The notes beneath the pieces are model-generated. The model was given only the letters and a program-made list of their open reading frames with translations, made no database searches and was not told where the DNA came from. The translations under genes were made by a program, and so were the position numbers. From contig OX597821.1 of assembly GCA_951406725.2 (NCBI GenBank), positions 79,856,001 to 79,920,000 of the forward strand: a stretch of DNA of 64,000 nucleotides, read 5' to 3'. Shown here piece after piece: positions 37,470 through 52,200 of this stretch (its first letter is position 1; every line of letters begins with the position of its first letter). The DNA is from Octopus vulgaris. Its lineage: Eukaryota.

Positions 37470-37683
37470 CGCACGCAAACACACACTCGCATACACATAT
37501 AAAACGAAAGGAATATACATATACATACGTATACATCTATCTATCTATCTATCTATCTGTACACATGTACACACACATATAAATATATACTTATATATAC
37601 ACACATATACATAATATATACCTATATATATACATATATATACATGATATATACATACATACGTATATATATACATACATACG

Positions 37684-37714
<31 letters not shown>

Positions 37715-38304
37715 TATTCATATATGTATATACACATATATATAAGGTATACATAATATATATACACACACAAATATACATAATATATATATATATATAT
37801 ATATACGCACACACAAACATACATACACACATATACACATACACATACATATACACATATACACATACACATACATACACACATATACACATACACATAC
37901 ATGTACATGAATATATATTAATGTCGTTCGCTCATATGCAGAAGACATGGACGTTCCTCTCACGTTCTGTCTTGCTAACCGTTGTGCTGACAGGAGAACT
38001 ACTTGGTCTACTTCCCCAAGCTTATCACTGACTATAACGAAGCAGTTTTTTTTTTTTTTCAGTTAATTGACGCGGGGGTCGACCTCTGAACGCACGGCCC
38101 CAAACTAGAAACCACAAGCCACCTTGTCCGACGCCCTATCATGGGCCAGTTTGCCGTATTCACTTACTATTAGCTATTTCATCGAAAGCGAAATGATGAG
38201 AGACAAAGTTTGCCTTGACGGGATTTGAACAAATGCACCACTGTAGAGTGAAACAAGTTGGCTAAAATTGAGGCTATTTAATTAGGCAGAGATTCTTTTA
38301 TTTC

Positions 38305-38524
38305 ACTCTTTTACTTGTTTCAGTCATTTGACTGCGGCCATGCTGGAGCACCACCTTTAGTCGAGCAAATCGACTGCAGGACTTATTCTTTGTAAGCTAG
38401 TATCTATTCTATCGGTCCCTTTTGCCGAACCGCTAAGTTACGGGGACATAAACACACTGGCGTCGGTTGTTAAGCGATGTTGGGAGGGACAAACACAGAC
38501 ACACAAACATATACACACGCACAT

Positions 38525-38597
<73 letters not shown>

Positions 38598-38763
38598 TAC
38601 GACGGGCTTCTTTCAGTTTCCGTCTATCAAATCCACTCACAAGGCTTTGGTCGGCCCGAGGCTATAGTAGAAGACACTTGCACAAGATGCAGCGCCGCGG
38701 GACTGAACCAGGAACTATGTGGTTCGTAAGCTAGCTACTTACCACACAGCCACTTCTACGCCT
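38305..38763 (-). mobile_element. SINE family A, full length
   Basis: Complete head-microsatellite-tail structure. Confidence 0.9.
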
Positions 38764-38884
38764 GAGAATTAGGCAAGAACTATTCATGCAAATTCGTAGA
38801 GTAGATGAGACTGATAAAATGCAATACACAGAAGTGAAAAGTTGAATTAGGAAAGAGAACTTCTGAACAGTCAGACTAATATCA

Positions 38885-39106
38885 GTTTCCAATTTTGGCC
38901 CAAGGCCAAAAGTTTCGGTGGATGTGGCAAATCGATTATATAGAACCCCCCTCCCCAGTATTAAACTGGTGCTTATTTTATCGACCCCGAAAGGATGAAA
39001 GGCAAAATCGGTCGCGGCGGAATTTGAATTCAGAGCGTAAAGTCGAATGAAATGCCGCTCAGCATTTTGCCCGGAGTGTTTAACGATTCAGTTCGGTCAG
39101 CGCCTT
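38885..39106 (-). mobile_element. SINE family D monomer
   Basis: Family match. Confidence 0.75.
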
Positions 39107-39461
39107 GAGTGAGAACCGAAACCGGAATTCAACGCTGTAAACAAAAGGAGTAGGTATAGACACAGAAGGCATCCAAGTCATAAATTACAGCTTCAATACC
39201 TGTAAACAGGTAACATGTGGCGGGATGGGGGGGGACCCCAAAACTGATCTTTCTGTAAATAGAGATTAAGAAAACGTTTAGGAACAGGCCAGGAACTAGA
39301 GTAAAGTAAAGAGTTAGATAAGATAAAATAATAACAGAAAATATAGAATAACAACGATGAAAGAGAAAATAGAAAGGGAATTTCACAATATCTAGAAGAC
39401 AAACTGGAAGAGAAAAATCACTGTGTGGCCAGTAAATAGCAAGACCCGATAAAAAGGAAGA

Positions 39462-39697
39462 CGGCGAACTGGCAGAAAAGTTAACGCACCGGGCGAAATG
39501 TTTAGCGATATTTCGTCTGATGCTACGTTCTGAGTTCAAATTCCGCCGAGGTCGACTTTGCCTTTCACCCTTTCGGGGTCGATTAAATAAATATCAGTTA
39601 CGCACTGGGGTCGATATAATTGACTTAATCCGTCTGTCTGTCCTTGTTTGTCCTCTCTGTGTGTAAGCCTTTGTGGGTAGTAAAGAAATAAGAAAGG
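39462..39697 (+). mobile_element. SINE family D, first unit
   Basis: Family match. Confidence 0.85.
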
Positions 39698-40149
39698 AAG
39701 TGAGTCAAAGTTATATCTAACGATGGTTCGAAAGTTCTGGACTAAAAACAGAAAGTGAAAGTCTGGACCAATGTTTAGTCATAAACCACTTCAATACTTT
39801 TTATTCCTTACCGTTTATTTGTTTCAGTCATTGGACTACGACCATTCTGGTACTTATTCTATCGGCAACTTTAACCGAAGTATTAAGCTACAGGGATGTA
39901 AACGAACCAACATAAGTTTTCAAGCGATGTGTAGGTGACAGGCACGTAACATAGACACACATAGACGCATATACCCTCTCTCTCTCACACACACGCACGT
40001 ACACACCCACCCACACACGCACACACACACTATATATATATATATATATCTTTGTTTTATCCTAGGTGCCGTATAGTTTTATTGAACCCAAGACCACGTG
40101 GTTGCAAAGCGAGCTTCTTGATAACGCACCCATGTTTGAATCTGTGAAA

Positions 40150-40345
40150 GAAAGTACTGAGATCAAGTGCAGGCTATGTAACCTGTACACTGAGACGGTT
40201 GACTCCTTTACTTCCGGTTACCCAGTCTCTTCTGTGTTCTGATACAGTCACAGCAACGACCGAGCCGGTTAATATGCCGCCTGAACAATATACCGACACT
40301 TCTTCATGGGGACGTTAAAGAAGCAGTGTAAACATGTCACTGACA
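40150..40345 (+). pseudogene. Decayed R4/Dong-type zinc-knuckle fragment
   Basis: KCRLCNLYTETVDSFTSGYPV resembles CRLC...ETVDH..SGC of RLE retrotransposons. Confidence 0.5.
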
Positions 40346-40425
40346 CGTGGCATAACATAACACTCAACCAAAATCAATTGAGATATGCCTTTCTAAAGCG
40401 GAAGGAATATCAAAGAAAATTGTCT

Positions 40426-40582
40426 GGAGTGGCTGTGTGGTAAGTAGCTTGTTTACGAATCACATGGTTCTGGGCTCAGTCCCACTGCGTGGTACCTTAG
40501 GGAAGCGTCTTCTACTATAGCCTCGGGCCGACCAAAGCCTTGTGAGTGGATTTGGTAGACGGAAACTGAAAGACGGGCTTCT

Positions 40583-40634
<52 letters not shown>

Positions 40635-40807
40635 AGATAAGAAAATGGAGAAATACATCTAAACCTTTGCCCATATAATACAGTAAATGAATTGATTGCA
40701 TCGCAATCATTAACATTTATGTATTAACTTTGTTGGGTACTTCACTAGCAGTATATTGGATATATGTTATCCCATGGAGGGTTGCATTTACAACCCCTAT
40801 CTCAATT

Positions 40808-40864
<57 letters not shown>

Positions 40865-41098
40865 ATATATATATATGTATGTGCGTGTGTATATGTTTGT
40901 TCCCCCAACATCGCTTTACAACCGATGCTGGTGTGTTTACGTCCCCGTAACTTAGCAGTTCGGCAAAAGAGACCGATAGAATAAGTACTCGGCTTACGAA
41001 GAATAAGTCCTGGGGTCGAATTGCTCGATCGACTAAAGGCGGTGCTCCAGCATGGTCACAGTCAACTGAATGAAACAAGTAAAAGAGTAAAAAGAGTA
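40426..41098 (+). mobile_element. SINE family A with a 180-bp insert (40632-40810) in its (TA)n
   Basis: Collinear head and tail halves. Confidence 0.85.
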
Positions 41099-42161
41099 AC
41101 TTGACAAACATCTCGACCCACTTGGATTACAACATTTTCCAAAACACAAGGATATCAACAATGAGATAAAAAGAATAGAGGGATTATGAAAAGGAAAACG
41201 GTGCCAGAGATAACTAGAGGACTAAATGTAGCAAAATATGAGCAAAAACATACAAACCTTGCTAGCGCCCTCAAACGAAATTTAGCCCCGCAATGCACAA
41301 CCCGCATCCTACGTTAAATACTTTCGATTAAAACCAGAAGGCTTTATGCACACGACATATATTCTATGCAATCACCACTGAATATAATAACACAACTTAC
41401 ATAACGATCAACACCCAATAAAATAACATCCACTCCAACATAACTGATACTCGACACTATATCACCAACCGACACCTCGCACAGCTTATATTCTACCCAG
41501 CTGCATCTCATTAATGCTTATGTAAACCACACACCACACATTTATACACTTATCTTAGCTAGACATTAAAACGCATGCAATTCCGATCACACGGCACATA
41601 CCGAACACGAACACAGTTTTACTATCCCAGAATGCAATGCTGCACACACCTCAAAAACACGGAAGTGCGTCTGGGGTGTAGTAGAAACTGAGGAAAAAAA
41701 ACTGTTGGAAACAACAACAGCAACAACAACAACAACAACAACGATAAGAACAATAATAATGGTATCTAATAATGGCACAGGACCAGAAACTTTTAGGTGA
41801 GACGTTAGATGACTACATGATCAGTTGTTTTACCTTTCATCCCCAGAGGAGATGAAAGGCAAAATTTAGTCTCAGAACGGAACTCAGAGCGGAAAGAGTC
41901 GGAATAAATACGCAAGACATTTTGCCCGACGATCTCGCGATTCTACCAGTTCACCAGTATTAATTCTTTCTGATATAGGCACAATACCTGAAATTTTGAA
42001 GGAGGGGAATAATCGATTACAGTGGCCCTCGCGTACCACAGGTACTTATTTTATTGTCCCCGAAAGGAGGAAAGGCAAAGTCGAACTCAGCGGAATTTGA
42101 ACTCAGAACGTTAAGCGGGAAGAAATGTCACAGAACATGTTGTTCGACGCGCAAACCATTC

Positions 42162-42162
42162 T

Positions 42163-42256
<94 letters not shown>

Positions 42257-42297
42257 CGGCGGCGACGACGACGACAACAACAACAGCAACAACAATA
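42162..42297. repeat. (CAA)n microsatellite next to SINE D fragments (41765-42160, minus)
   Basis: Directly visible. Confidence 0.95.
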
Positions 42298-42387
42298 AGT
42301 GCACTGCAGGAACGCAAACTTCCGCCAAAGCAACACTAGCGTTCTTTCAACGATTAGCCGGAGATTATTTTTAAAATGAGAATATTT

Positions 42388-42795
42388 GGTGCAGGAGTGG
42401 CTGTGTGGTAAGTAGCTTGCTTACCAACCACATGGTTCCGGGTTCAGTCCCACTGCGTGGCACCTTGGGTAAATTTCTTCTACTATAGCCTCGTGCCGAC
42501 CAAAGTCGTACGAGTGGATTTGGTTGACGGAAACTGAAAAAAGCCCGTCGTATATATGTATATGTATATATATATATATGTGAGTGTGTGTTTGTGTGTC
42601 TGTGTTTGTCCCACCAACATCGCTTGACAACCGATGCTGGTGTATTTATGTCCCCATAACTTACCGGCAAAAGAGACCGATAGAATAAGTATTAGGCGTA
42701 CAAAGAATATGTCCTGGGGTCGATTTGCTCGATTAAAGGCGGTGCTCCAGCATGGCCACAGTCAAATGACTGAAACAAGTAAAAGAGTAAAGAGA
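42388..42795 (+). mobile_element. SINE family A, full length
   Basis: A box TGGCTGTGTGG, B-like GGTTCAGTCCC, internal microsatellite, LINE-like tail. Confidence 0.9.
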
Positions 42796-42978
42796 GAAGT
42801 TCACTAATAATCTATTTCCTGTTGTTACTTGTCAACAATATGCATTCGTTAGCAGTTAATGCCACTCTTCATTCCTCTTTAATCTTCTGCATATCCACAT
42901 GCAACATTATGAACAGAGAACTCAAAACCATCGTCCATTGGTGACATAATCTCTCTCAGCAACAAATGCACAGGCAAA

Positions 42979-43597
42979 GGCGGTGAGCTGGCAGAAACGT
43001 TAGTACGCCGGGCGAAATGCTTAGCGTTATTTCGTCTGCCGTTACGTCTTGTGTTCAAATTCCGCCGAGGTCGACTTTGCCTTTCATCCTTTCGGGGGTC
43101 GATAAATTAAGTACCAGTTACGCACTGGGGTCGATATAATCGACTTAATCTGTTTGTCTGTCCTTGTTTGTCCCCTCTGTGTGTAGCCCCATGTGGGCAG
43201 TAAAGAAATAAGAAATGTTAGTACGCCGGGCGAAATGCTTAGCGGTATTTCGTCTGCCGTTACATTTTGAGTTCAAATTTCGCTGAGGTCGACTTTGCCT
43301 TTCATCCTTTCGGCGTCGATAAATTAAGTACCAGTTACGCACTGGGGTCGATGTAATCGACTTAATCTGTTTGTCTGTCCTTGTTTGTCCTCTCTGTGTT
43401 TAGCCCCTTGTGGGTAGTAAAGTAATAGGTATTTCGTCTGCTGTTACGTTCTGAGTTAAAATTCTGCCGAGGTCGACTTTGCCTTTCATCCTTTTGGGGG
43501 CGATAAATTAAGTACCAGTTGAGAACTTGGTTCGATCTAATCGACTGGCCTCTTCCTCCTCCAAAATTTCGGGCCTTGTGTCTAGAGAAGAAAAGCA
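42979..43597 (+). mobile_element. SINE family D, trimeric
   Basis: Units restart at 43211 and 43428. Confidence 0.9.
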
Positions 43598-43604
43598 TAT
43601 ATGC

Positions 43605-44010
43605 ACAGGCATGGTTGTATGGTTAAGAAGCTCCTTTGAAACCTCGTATTTTCGAGCTCAGTCCCACTGCTCGGTACCTTGGGCAAGTGTCTTCTACAAT
43701 AGCCCTGGCCCAACCAACGCCTTATGTGAGAATTGTAAACGGAAACAGTGTGGAAGCCAGATCTGTGCGTGTGTGTTCGCATGCACGGGAATTTTCGTTT
43801 CTTTGATTTACACCGCTACCGCTTGACAATTGGTGTTGTTTTCTTTACGTGTCCGTTACTAAGCAGTTTGACAAAAGAGACCAATAAAATAAGTAGCAGA
43901 CTTTAAAAAAAAAACAGAAAAAAACGTACTGAGGTCGATTTGTTCAACTAAATTCCTTCAAGATGGCGTTCCAACATGGCTGCAGTTCAATGACTTAAAA
44001 GATAAAAGAG
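43605..44010 (+). mobile_element. SINE family A, old diverged copy
   Basis: Family match. Confidence 0.7.
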
Positions 44011-44526
44011 AATAGCAGGCACAACTGTTATGTGTGTGTGTGTGTGTGTGCGTGTGTGTGTGTATGTGTGTGCGTGTGTGTGTGTATGTATGTGTGTGCG
44101 TGTGTGTGTGTGTATTGGTTCGTGGTATAATTCAATAAAGAGACCACTCCATCTCTCTCCCTCTCCCTCTCCCTCTCTCCGTCCCTCTCTCTCTCCCTCT
44201 CCCCCTCTCTCTCCCTATATATATATATAAAAACAGAGTTAAGGAAGTTAATAATTGCTTATTATTAATAACAAATTCTTCTTCGCAAAGATGACCAATT
44301 TGTTGTTAATAATAGACAACCATTAACTTCCTTATCTCCATTTTCTTTTCTACTTTAAAATGGATATAAACTAAATGCTTAATATATACCTATTGTAAAA
44401 TTCCGCCGAGGTCGACTTTGCCTTTTATCCTTTCGGGGTTGATAAATTAAGTACCAGTTGCGTACTGGAGCCGAGCTAATCGATTGGCCCCCTCCCCGAA
44501 AAATTTCGGGCCTTGTGCCTAGAGTA

Positions 44527-45270
44527 GATCACCACGGCGTCGTCGTTTTTCTAGAGAATAAAGGTCGAGCGTCTTCAGCCTTTCTTCATAAGACAAATGC
44601 TTGAGACCAAGAACCATGCGGGTAGCCAGCTTATGGACTCTTTCGAGATGATGTATGTCTTTGAGGAGATAAGGAGAAGAGGCTTGAATCCCGTACTCCA
44701 ATATAGGTCTCACCAGCGTGACATAGAGCGGTAGGAATATGGCTGCTGTGAGCATTCCGAATGACCATTGAATCAAGAACAGAATTCCGCGTGCTTTGTT
44801 GGCAGCATGGACGCACTGGACCGAAGGCGAAAAGGAGGAATCCACCAAGATACCCATGTCCTTTACCTGATCGGTCCTCTCCAGCAGCAGACGACCCGGC
44901 TCAAAATCAAGTTGAGTTGCAGGAGGAGAGCCAACAGGCAAATGACAGCACTTTGACACGTTCAGACACAGGTCCCATTCGTTAGACCATCTCCAAACTT
45001 GGTGGAGGCATCGACGAAGATCATCTATATCACCGCGAGGAGCGACCAGTTTGACATCATCGGCAAATAGAAGGATGTGTTGCGTGAGGTCCTCGGGCAA
45101 GTCATTTATGAAGATTAAAGACAATAAGGGCCCAAGCACTGAACCTTGAGGCACGCCACTGCTCGTATTGGAGACGTCAGACAGCGAACCATTAACTTGG
45201 ACTTTGAAGGAGCGATCTGAGAGGAAGGCACCAACCCATCGTGCAATATCCGGATGGAAACTATATGCTT
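44527..45270 (-). mobile_element. Internal RT fragment of LINE family L-a, abutting a SINE D tail (44398-44528)
   Basis: Highly similar to 23036-23778; PQGSVLGP, LFADD, SYEERL; in frame where the long copy is frameshifted. Confidence 0.93.
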
Positions 45271-46526
45271 GGAAACATAGAACGTATGATAATGAAGTTT
45301 AATTTGTGCAAAGTGTTTCAAGCTGGACTTACGGATTAAGTACCGGCTTTTGAAACTGCCCTCATAGTTTACACACGTAACCTAAGGAATTGTAAATCTC
45401 ATGGGTCTGAGAGGCAACTTGTCCTAAATTATCGAAAGGACATAAATCAGTATTTTGATAGTTTCCGTTATCTTACTTGCTATTTAGGTTAAAGGATTTC
45501 GGATGACTGGCAGAAGATTTTCAAGGTCTTACGCATGTTAGGGTAGTCTTGAGCGCCCACTATTTGTGATGATATCCTCTGCCTAAATAGTAACGTAGCA
45601 CTAGCTGGTACTTAGATTTTACCAGTTAAATCGTTGGGAGTAATTGTGTTATGTGCGTAAATGCTCCCAGATTTAGAAAGTGCATGGCTATATTTATTTT
45701 CACATTGTCTCTCAATGGAGGATTGAACGAAACCATACACACTTCCACACATAAATACACACACACATACATACTGACAGACACAAACACGAATGCACAC
45801 ACACACACGCGCGCGCGCATAGGTACATACACATATCTGGAAAAACAATGAGTCATTATATTATAATCAAGGCAATGTTGTAGAAAAACTAGTTTAAAAA
45901 TTTGGCTAACATTTCTGGAAAAGATGACAGAAACATCATTAAATTACAATGAAACTAGTGTAAAAAGTAAAACTTAAAAAATTGAACTAGTTGTTATTGT
46001 TGTTTATTAACCACCAAATTCGTGCTGATTGAGGAAACATATGAACAAAGATATTCAAGCCATGATTATCATGTCTTACTTTCTGACTGCATATGTACAG
46101 TGATATTACCCAATATCTTTTTAAGACGGGATTTAGCTGCTATATATATAGAAAGTACGGTTGTTACCTTGGATTTATATCGTTAGTTGTTGTTGTCTTG
46201 TTTAGCCCCATGTCTGGCCCCATATAATAGACAAAGGAGTTCTATCAGTGAATTTCCAGTTATTTTCTTTAACTATAAATCCACTTTCCATTCAACAAAG
46301 TAAGATGTTATCTATGGGAGATTTGGCTGCTACTTCTAGCAGCCTGAGCATTGCATATAGGGTTCCCCGTTTGGATTGTGCTAGGTAGCATTCGAGCTAG
46401 TGGTAAATGACTCTCAAAGTAATTAGAAGCTATAAACCAGTAAATGCAAAATAATTACATATATATATTAGAAAAAAGCATTAAAATAAAAAATAATAAA
46501 AACAATAATATCGACTAAAAAGTCAT

Positions 46527-46568
<42 letters not shown>

Positions 46569-46945
46569 TAATATAAGGGAGACAAAGTTTTATTAGTTAC
46601 AGAGTTGAAACAAGTACAATAAGTTAACATGACGTAAAAAAATTAATAAAATCTAACACGTTCATAAATTTTAAATCTGTTATTATTATTATTATTATGT
46701 TTTTATTTTACAAAAAGCACAACCAATTAAAGTGCATTTGGTAAGAAGAGGAATAACAAAAGAAAGATAATAGATAATACATACAACCCTACCAAAATGA
46801 TACTCTTTAAATGTCTCTAATTCAGGGATACTTCGTTCTAAGGAATTTAAAGGGATGGGTAAAAGTGAAGTGTTCTAAGCAATTGGAACTAGGGGGAAAT
46901 ATATATGTATATATACATATACATATACATACAAGTATGTATGTA

Positions 46946-46992
<47 letters not shown>

Positions 46993-47078
46993 TATATTAT
47001 ATATATATATATATATATATACATACGTATATACATATATACATATAAATATATATTATATTATACATATGTATATAT

Positions 47079-47149
<71 letters not shown>

Positions 47150-48304
47150 TACATATACATACATATGTATATCTTTAAAAAATGTTATTACTCAAAAATA
47201 CTGCGATTAATAAATGCCCTGTATTTTAGAAAGTGAATCAATCACGAAAAAAAAAAAACATGGTCTTTGCTTGATCCCAGATGACCGCTGTGTAATCCTA
47301 AATAACCGTTGTCTGATCCGAAATGACCACCGTTTAGTCTAGAACGGCCATTGTTTATACAATACGCAAGAGTGTTGCTGTTTGATTCATTCAATATGGC
47401 CGACGTTTGCAGTATTCAAGATCGCCATTTTGTTTTCTTCCCAGATTAGGCGTTTCTCATTTAATGGAAAGACAGAAGAAACATCGTAATATATGGTGCA
47501 TCATGGGATTGCTAAATATGTTGTTCAGTGAGGACAGGGTAGGATAAAACATTCTACATAAGAAGTGAAACACGAAATAGCAGCCATTACGTTCGCTGCC
47601 AGTATTTAATAAAGGTTGTGCATTCGATGTGTATATTCACAGACGCTGGGAATATTTTTGCCTGGGTGCTTAAAATAAGGAGCAGAAGTTTCTCATCATA
47701 ATTATAGTCATAAATTTAATTACTAAATCGACATAAGTTTGATTCTTCTTTCCTTTCGTTTTTTTATCATATTTATTTTTTGCTTTAATTTGTTTTTTGT
47801 TTCATTTTCTTATAGTGACCGTTGTTTGTTGTTGCTAAAGTTGTTGCTTGATGTCGTTTATTGTTGATCTTTGTTAATGTGTCTGTTTCTGTTTTGTTTT
47901 TCTTCAAGTTATCAGTCTTCGATTTATGATTTAATTGATTTTCAAATCCATGAATTCACAAGTGAAAAATTTACGGTCGAACAAAACATATTCAATTTTT
48001 TTTGTCCTTTTTTAAAATTTTTAGATATGTATCCTTTCAAGATATGTTCATTTGGGATATGGCAGATATATTGTACTTAGGGAGAATGGAGAAGTATTCC
48101 TGACATTGTTGTGTCGCCAATGATTTCGAAGATTAAAAAAAATTTCACTGTAGTCAAAACGTAAGTACAATATCTTATTAATCTCGTCTTATTGCAAACA
48201 TCAGCTTTCGACATATTCACACATGCAGAACATACACATACAAATATATATACATACATACAAGCATATGTATGTAAGCGTGGATATATACATACATACA
48301 TACA

Positions 48305-48339
<35 letters not shown>

Positions 48340-48381
48340 GTTTATATACATATATATATATATATTTATATATATATACAT

Positions 48382-48512
<131 letters not shown>

Positions 48513-48529
48513 GTTTATATATATATACA

Positions 48530-48563
<34 letters not shown>

Positions 48564-49972
48564 ACGTATTCAATTTTGTTGAACAAATGAGAGATGAGTG
48601 ATCAGTACAAATTGTAGGGTATATGGTTTATTGAAGCTGAACGTTTATCTCTAAACACAACTTTTCCGAACATTCTCGCATGAAGATCGCAGTGGCATGA
48701 AACTAAAGTCGGGAGGTGAACATTCAGATTCAGTAAACTACATGTCTATAGAAAAGAGAACCGCTGTTCAGAAACAACTCAGCGTGTGCTTCAGTAACGA
48801 AATAACGCCTCAAAGTGCAACACCATGTATGTATGTGTGTGCGTATGAACGAGGGTGTTTCCATGCATGCATGTTCAAGGTCTGTGTGTGTGCATTTCTG
48901 CGTACATATGTGTGTGGATACGTATATTCTCGCGAATATTTTATGTATATGTAAACATTTGTGTGTATGTGTGTGTGCGTGCGTGTGTGTGTTTATCAGA
49001 TACATAAGACCGTATAAATATTTATATATAAATGTTTATATATTATGCATTTGCGCTAGGTGCGTTGGCTAGTAATTGCGCGTGTATGTGTGAATGCATA
49101 TATAAATATGTTTATATATATATATATCTTAATCAGTAACAGCGCCAAGCAAACTTTAGGTTAGTTAAAATATGTTGTTACTTATTTCAACATCTAATAG
49201 CAAATTCACTGCAGTTACCCTGGAGGAAAAAAAATTTCTCTCTTATGGTAAAGGATGTAAAAATACAGTATTTGATCAGTGCTGCCCAGATTAAAGAGCC
49301 AGAAACGTAGCATCCTGGAAACCGACAGTAGACAGCACTGGACAGATATGGTATTTTTACACTTTCTACCATAAGTGAGATTTTTATTTCTAAGCAGTAA
49401 ATGCATATATACGTATATCTATTTTATGTATTGTCAGTTGGTACGTTGAAGAGGGTATGGCTCAGCCATTGTAAGATTTAATTCAGTTGTAGTCCATCTG
49501 GGATTTTCGAGTAGCAAAATCCCTTAAGCAAGTATGCAATGCTAGATAGAGTTGTAGACTGTTCGTTCAGAAAATTTGAGATACAAATAATAGAAAGAAA
49601 AACAACGGAATAAATATTTTAAAAAAAACCCCTGAAGAATCAGTAAATATATGATTTGTAGTATCCAAAAAATAAATATATAAATAAATAAAGAGAAAAT
49701 GCCGATTTATACCGGCGCTTAGTAATATATAGATTAACATTGTTTGTAGCCATATTGCATTGAAGGGACATTTCCACTCCAAAGTTGGATTAGTATAATG
49801 AGCTGTCGAAATTGTTAATTTCGTTTATATGATTTCAAATGCATTTTCCAAAGATTATATTTGTACTTATATGTATGTGTATGTATACGTATGTATATGT
49901 ATGTGGATATGTATGCCTGTTGGTGTGAATTAATTATGTATGTATGTATATATACATACATACATACATGCA

Positions 49973-50008
<36 letters not shown>

Positions 50009-50011
<3 letters not shown>

Positions 50012-50222
50012 CAAAAAAGAGTGAAAAAACTAGAGAAGGCTTGTGTTATATTGTTAAAGAATATATTTAAATTGTTATGTTAGAAAAATTTTTATAAAAT
50101 TTTGCGTTAAAAACAATGTCACTATACGCAAAATTTTATAACATTTTTCTTACATAACGATTTAAATATATTCTTTAACAATATAACACAAGCCTTCTGT
50201 AGTGTTTCACTCTTTTTTGTCT
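50009..50222. repeat. Long inverted repeat, arms of about 98 bp with an 18-nt loop
   Basis: 50009-50107 is an imperfect reverse complement of 50126-50222. Confidence 0.9.
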
Positions 50223-50970
50223 TTTATACATCCAACCACGTGCTTTCACATACCAACTCTTTCATCTATATATATATATATACACACATGCATACATCTA
50301 TGTATGTAAATATGTATGTATACACACATACACATATATATATATAAGAACATTTTTATGTTTCTGGTCTCGGCAGCAGTTGAATATTATTGTGCTTGCT
50401 TCCTTATTTAATTGTTTTCTCTCATTCTTGTACATCTTTGTTTTACTGTTTTCTTCTTTTTGAGGTCGAAACTACACATACGCAAACCTATAAAAAGATC
50501 CAATGCTTTTTCTTTAATAATTGCATTGTTTCTGCTTCTAAAACTCTATTGAACTTCACTGCTGCAATGCTTTTACCTCAAAAATCATTCTGATATCGTA
50601 ATATATATCGAGCCATATGAAATAGAAGCATAATAGCTTACGTCTAACTTCTCTGTTGGAAAAATTGTTATAAAACCAGCTTTTCTTGCGTAGCCTGTGA
50701 ATGATAGCAAAACAGTTGTAGCTACCGTCATGAGTTAACAAAAGAAAGACGGATATAGAATGTCTCAATGCCTGATCGATGTCGATATTTATACACTATT
50801 TGTCATTAAGACTTTTGAATTCCATATCGATGGACATTAGTTGATATATTAGGGTCACTTTCATAATCTATTCTTTTCTTTTTCCCTTTATAAGTTAAAC
50901 AGAAATTTTGTCCAAGTGACCCATCGTAAATTTTCATAAGCGTGGAAATTCATAACAAAAAATATTTAAG

Positions 50971-51023
<53 letters not shown>

Positions 51024-51399
51024 CTATGTATGTATGTAGGTATGTAGATATGCATATATGCATTGTGCACATAGTTATGAAACGAACTTTTAAGTAAATT
51101 GAAATTTCTAAAAGTTTAATTAAATTTTAATGAATAACTATATTGGAAGGTTAAAAATAATGCGTGTGTAAATGTATGTATTGTAAACAATTTTATGTAA
51201 TAACAAATAAACAGTGTACTAAGATATATGAATGTTTAAATATATATTTATGTTCATGGAACACCAGACCTGGACCTGTATAAAGGGATGTGTTTGCATA
51301 CATAGACGTACACATACACAAACGAATTCACAAACATAATACGTATAAATATATGAATATATGCATACATATGTACATATCTATCTATCTATCTATCTA

Positions 51400-51455
<56 letters not shown>

Positions 51456-51955
51456 ATATGTGTGTATATATATATATATGTATATATGTGTGCATGTGTG
51501 TGTATATACATGTACATACATATATACACAAACAAACGTTTGTCGCCCTATCATCCACTTATTATCTACGTGTTTTAGTCTTTCTCTCAATCGGGTAGGT
51601 TTTTTAGAATGGCCACCCTTTTCGTGTTTGCAACCGGATACATATATATGTATGTATATATATATATATTTATATATATATATATATATACATCACTGCA
51701 TCCTTGTATGGGGAGGCATTATTTTCAGTATTTAAATATTATCGGCATCCTTTGAAGTATTTAAATCTCAATTATTGTAAGGATTATCTTGTGGATTAGT
51801 TCATTAATCGTCATTTAATGACATGGTTTAAACTGGTTTTATTATCTTTTATTGTTTAAACATATACTTATGTTGATTTATGACCCAGTCTCCTCACACA
51901 TATACAAATCACACATATATGTTTTATATATGTATATGTATATGTATATTTATGA

Positions 51956-51995
<40 letters not shown>

Positions 51996-52153
51996 CATAT
52001 ATGTATGTATATATGTATGTATGTGTGTATATATGTATGTATATATAAAAGTATATTTATGTCTATGTACATATTTATATGTACATATATATACATATAC
52101 GTATATCTATCTCTATATCTCTGTATCTCTCTATCTTTCTTTCTTTCTTTCTG

Positions 52154-52200
<47 letters not shown>

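Noticed and set aside
41100-41330. Possible decayed RLE retrotransposon C-terminus
   Set aside because: Similarity is too weak to support by eye.
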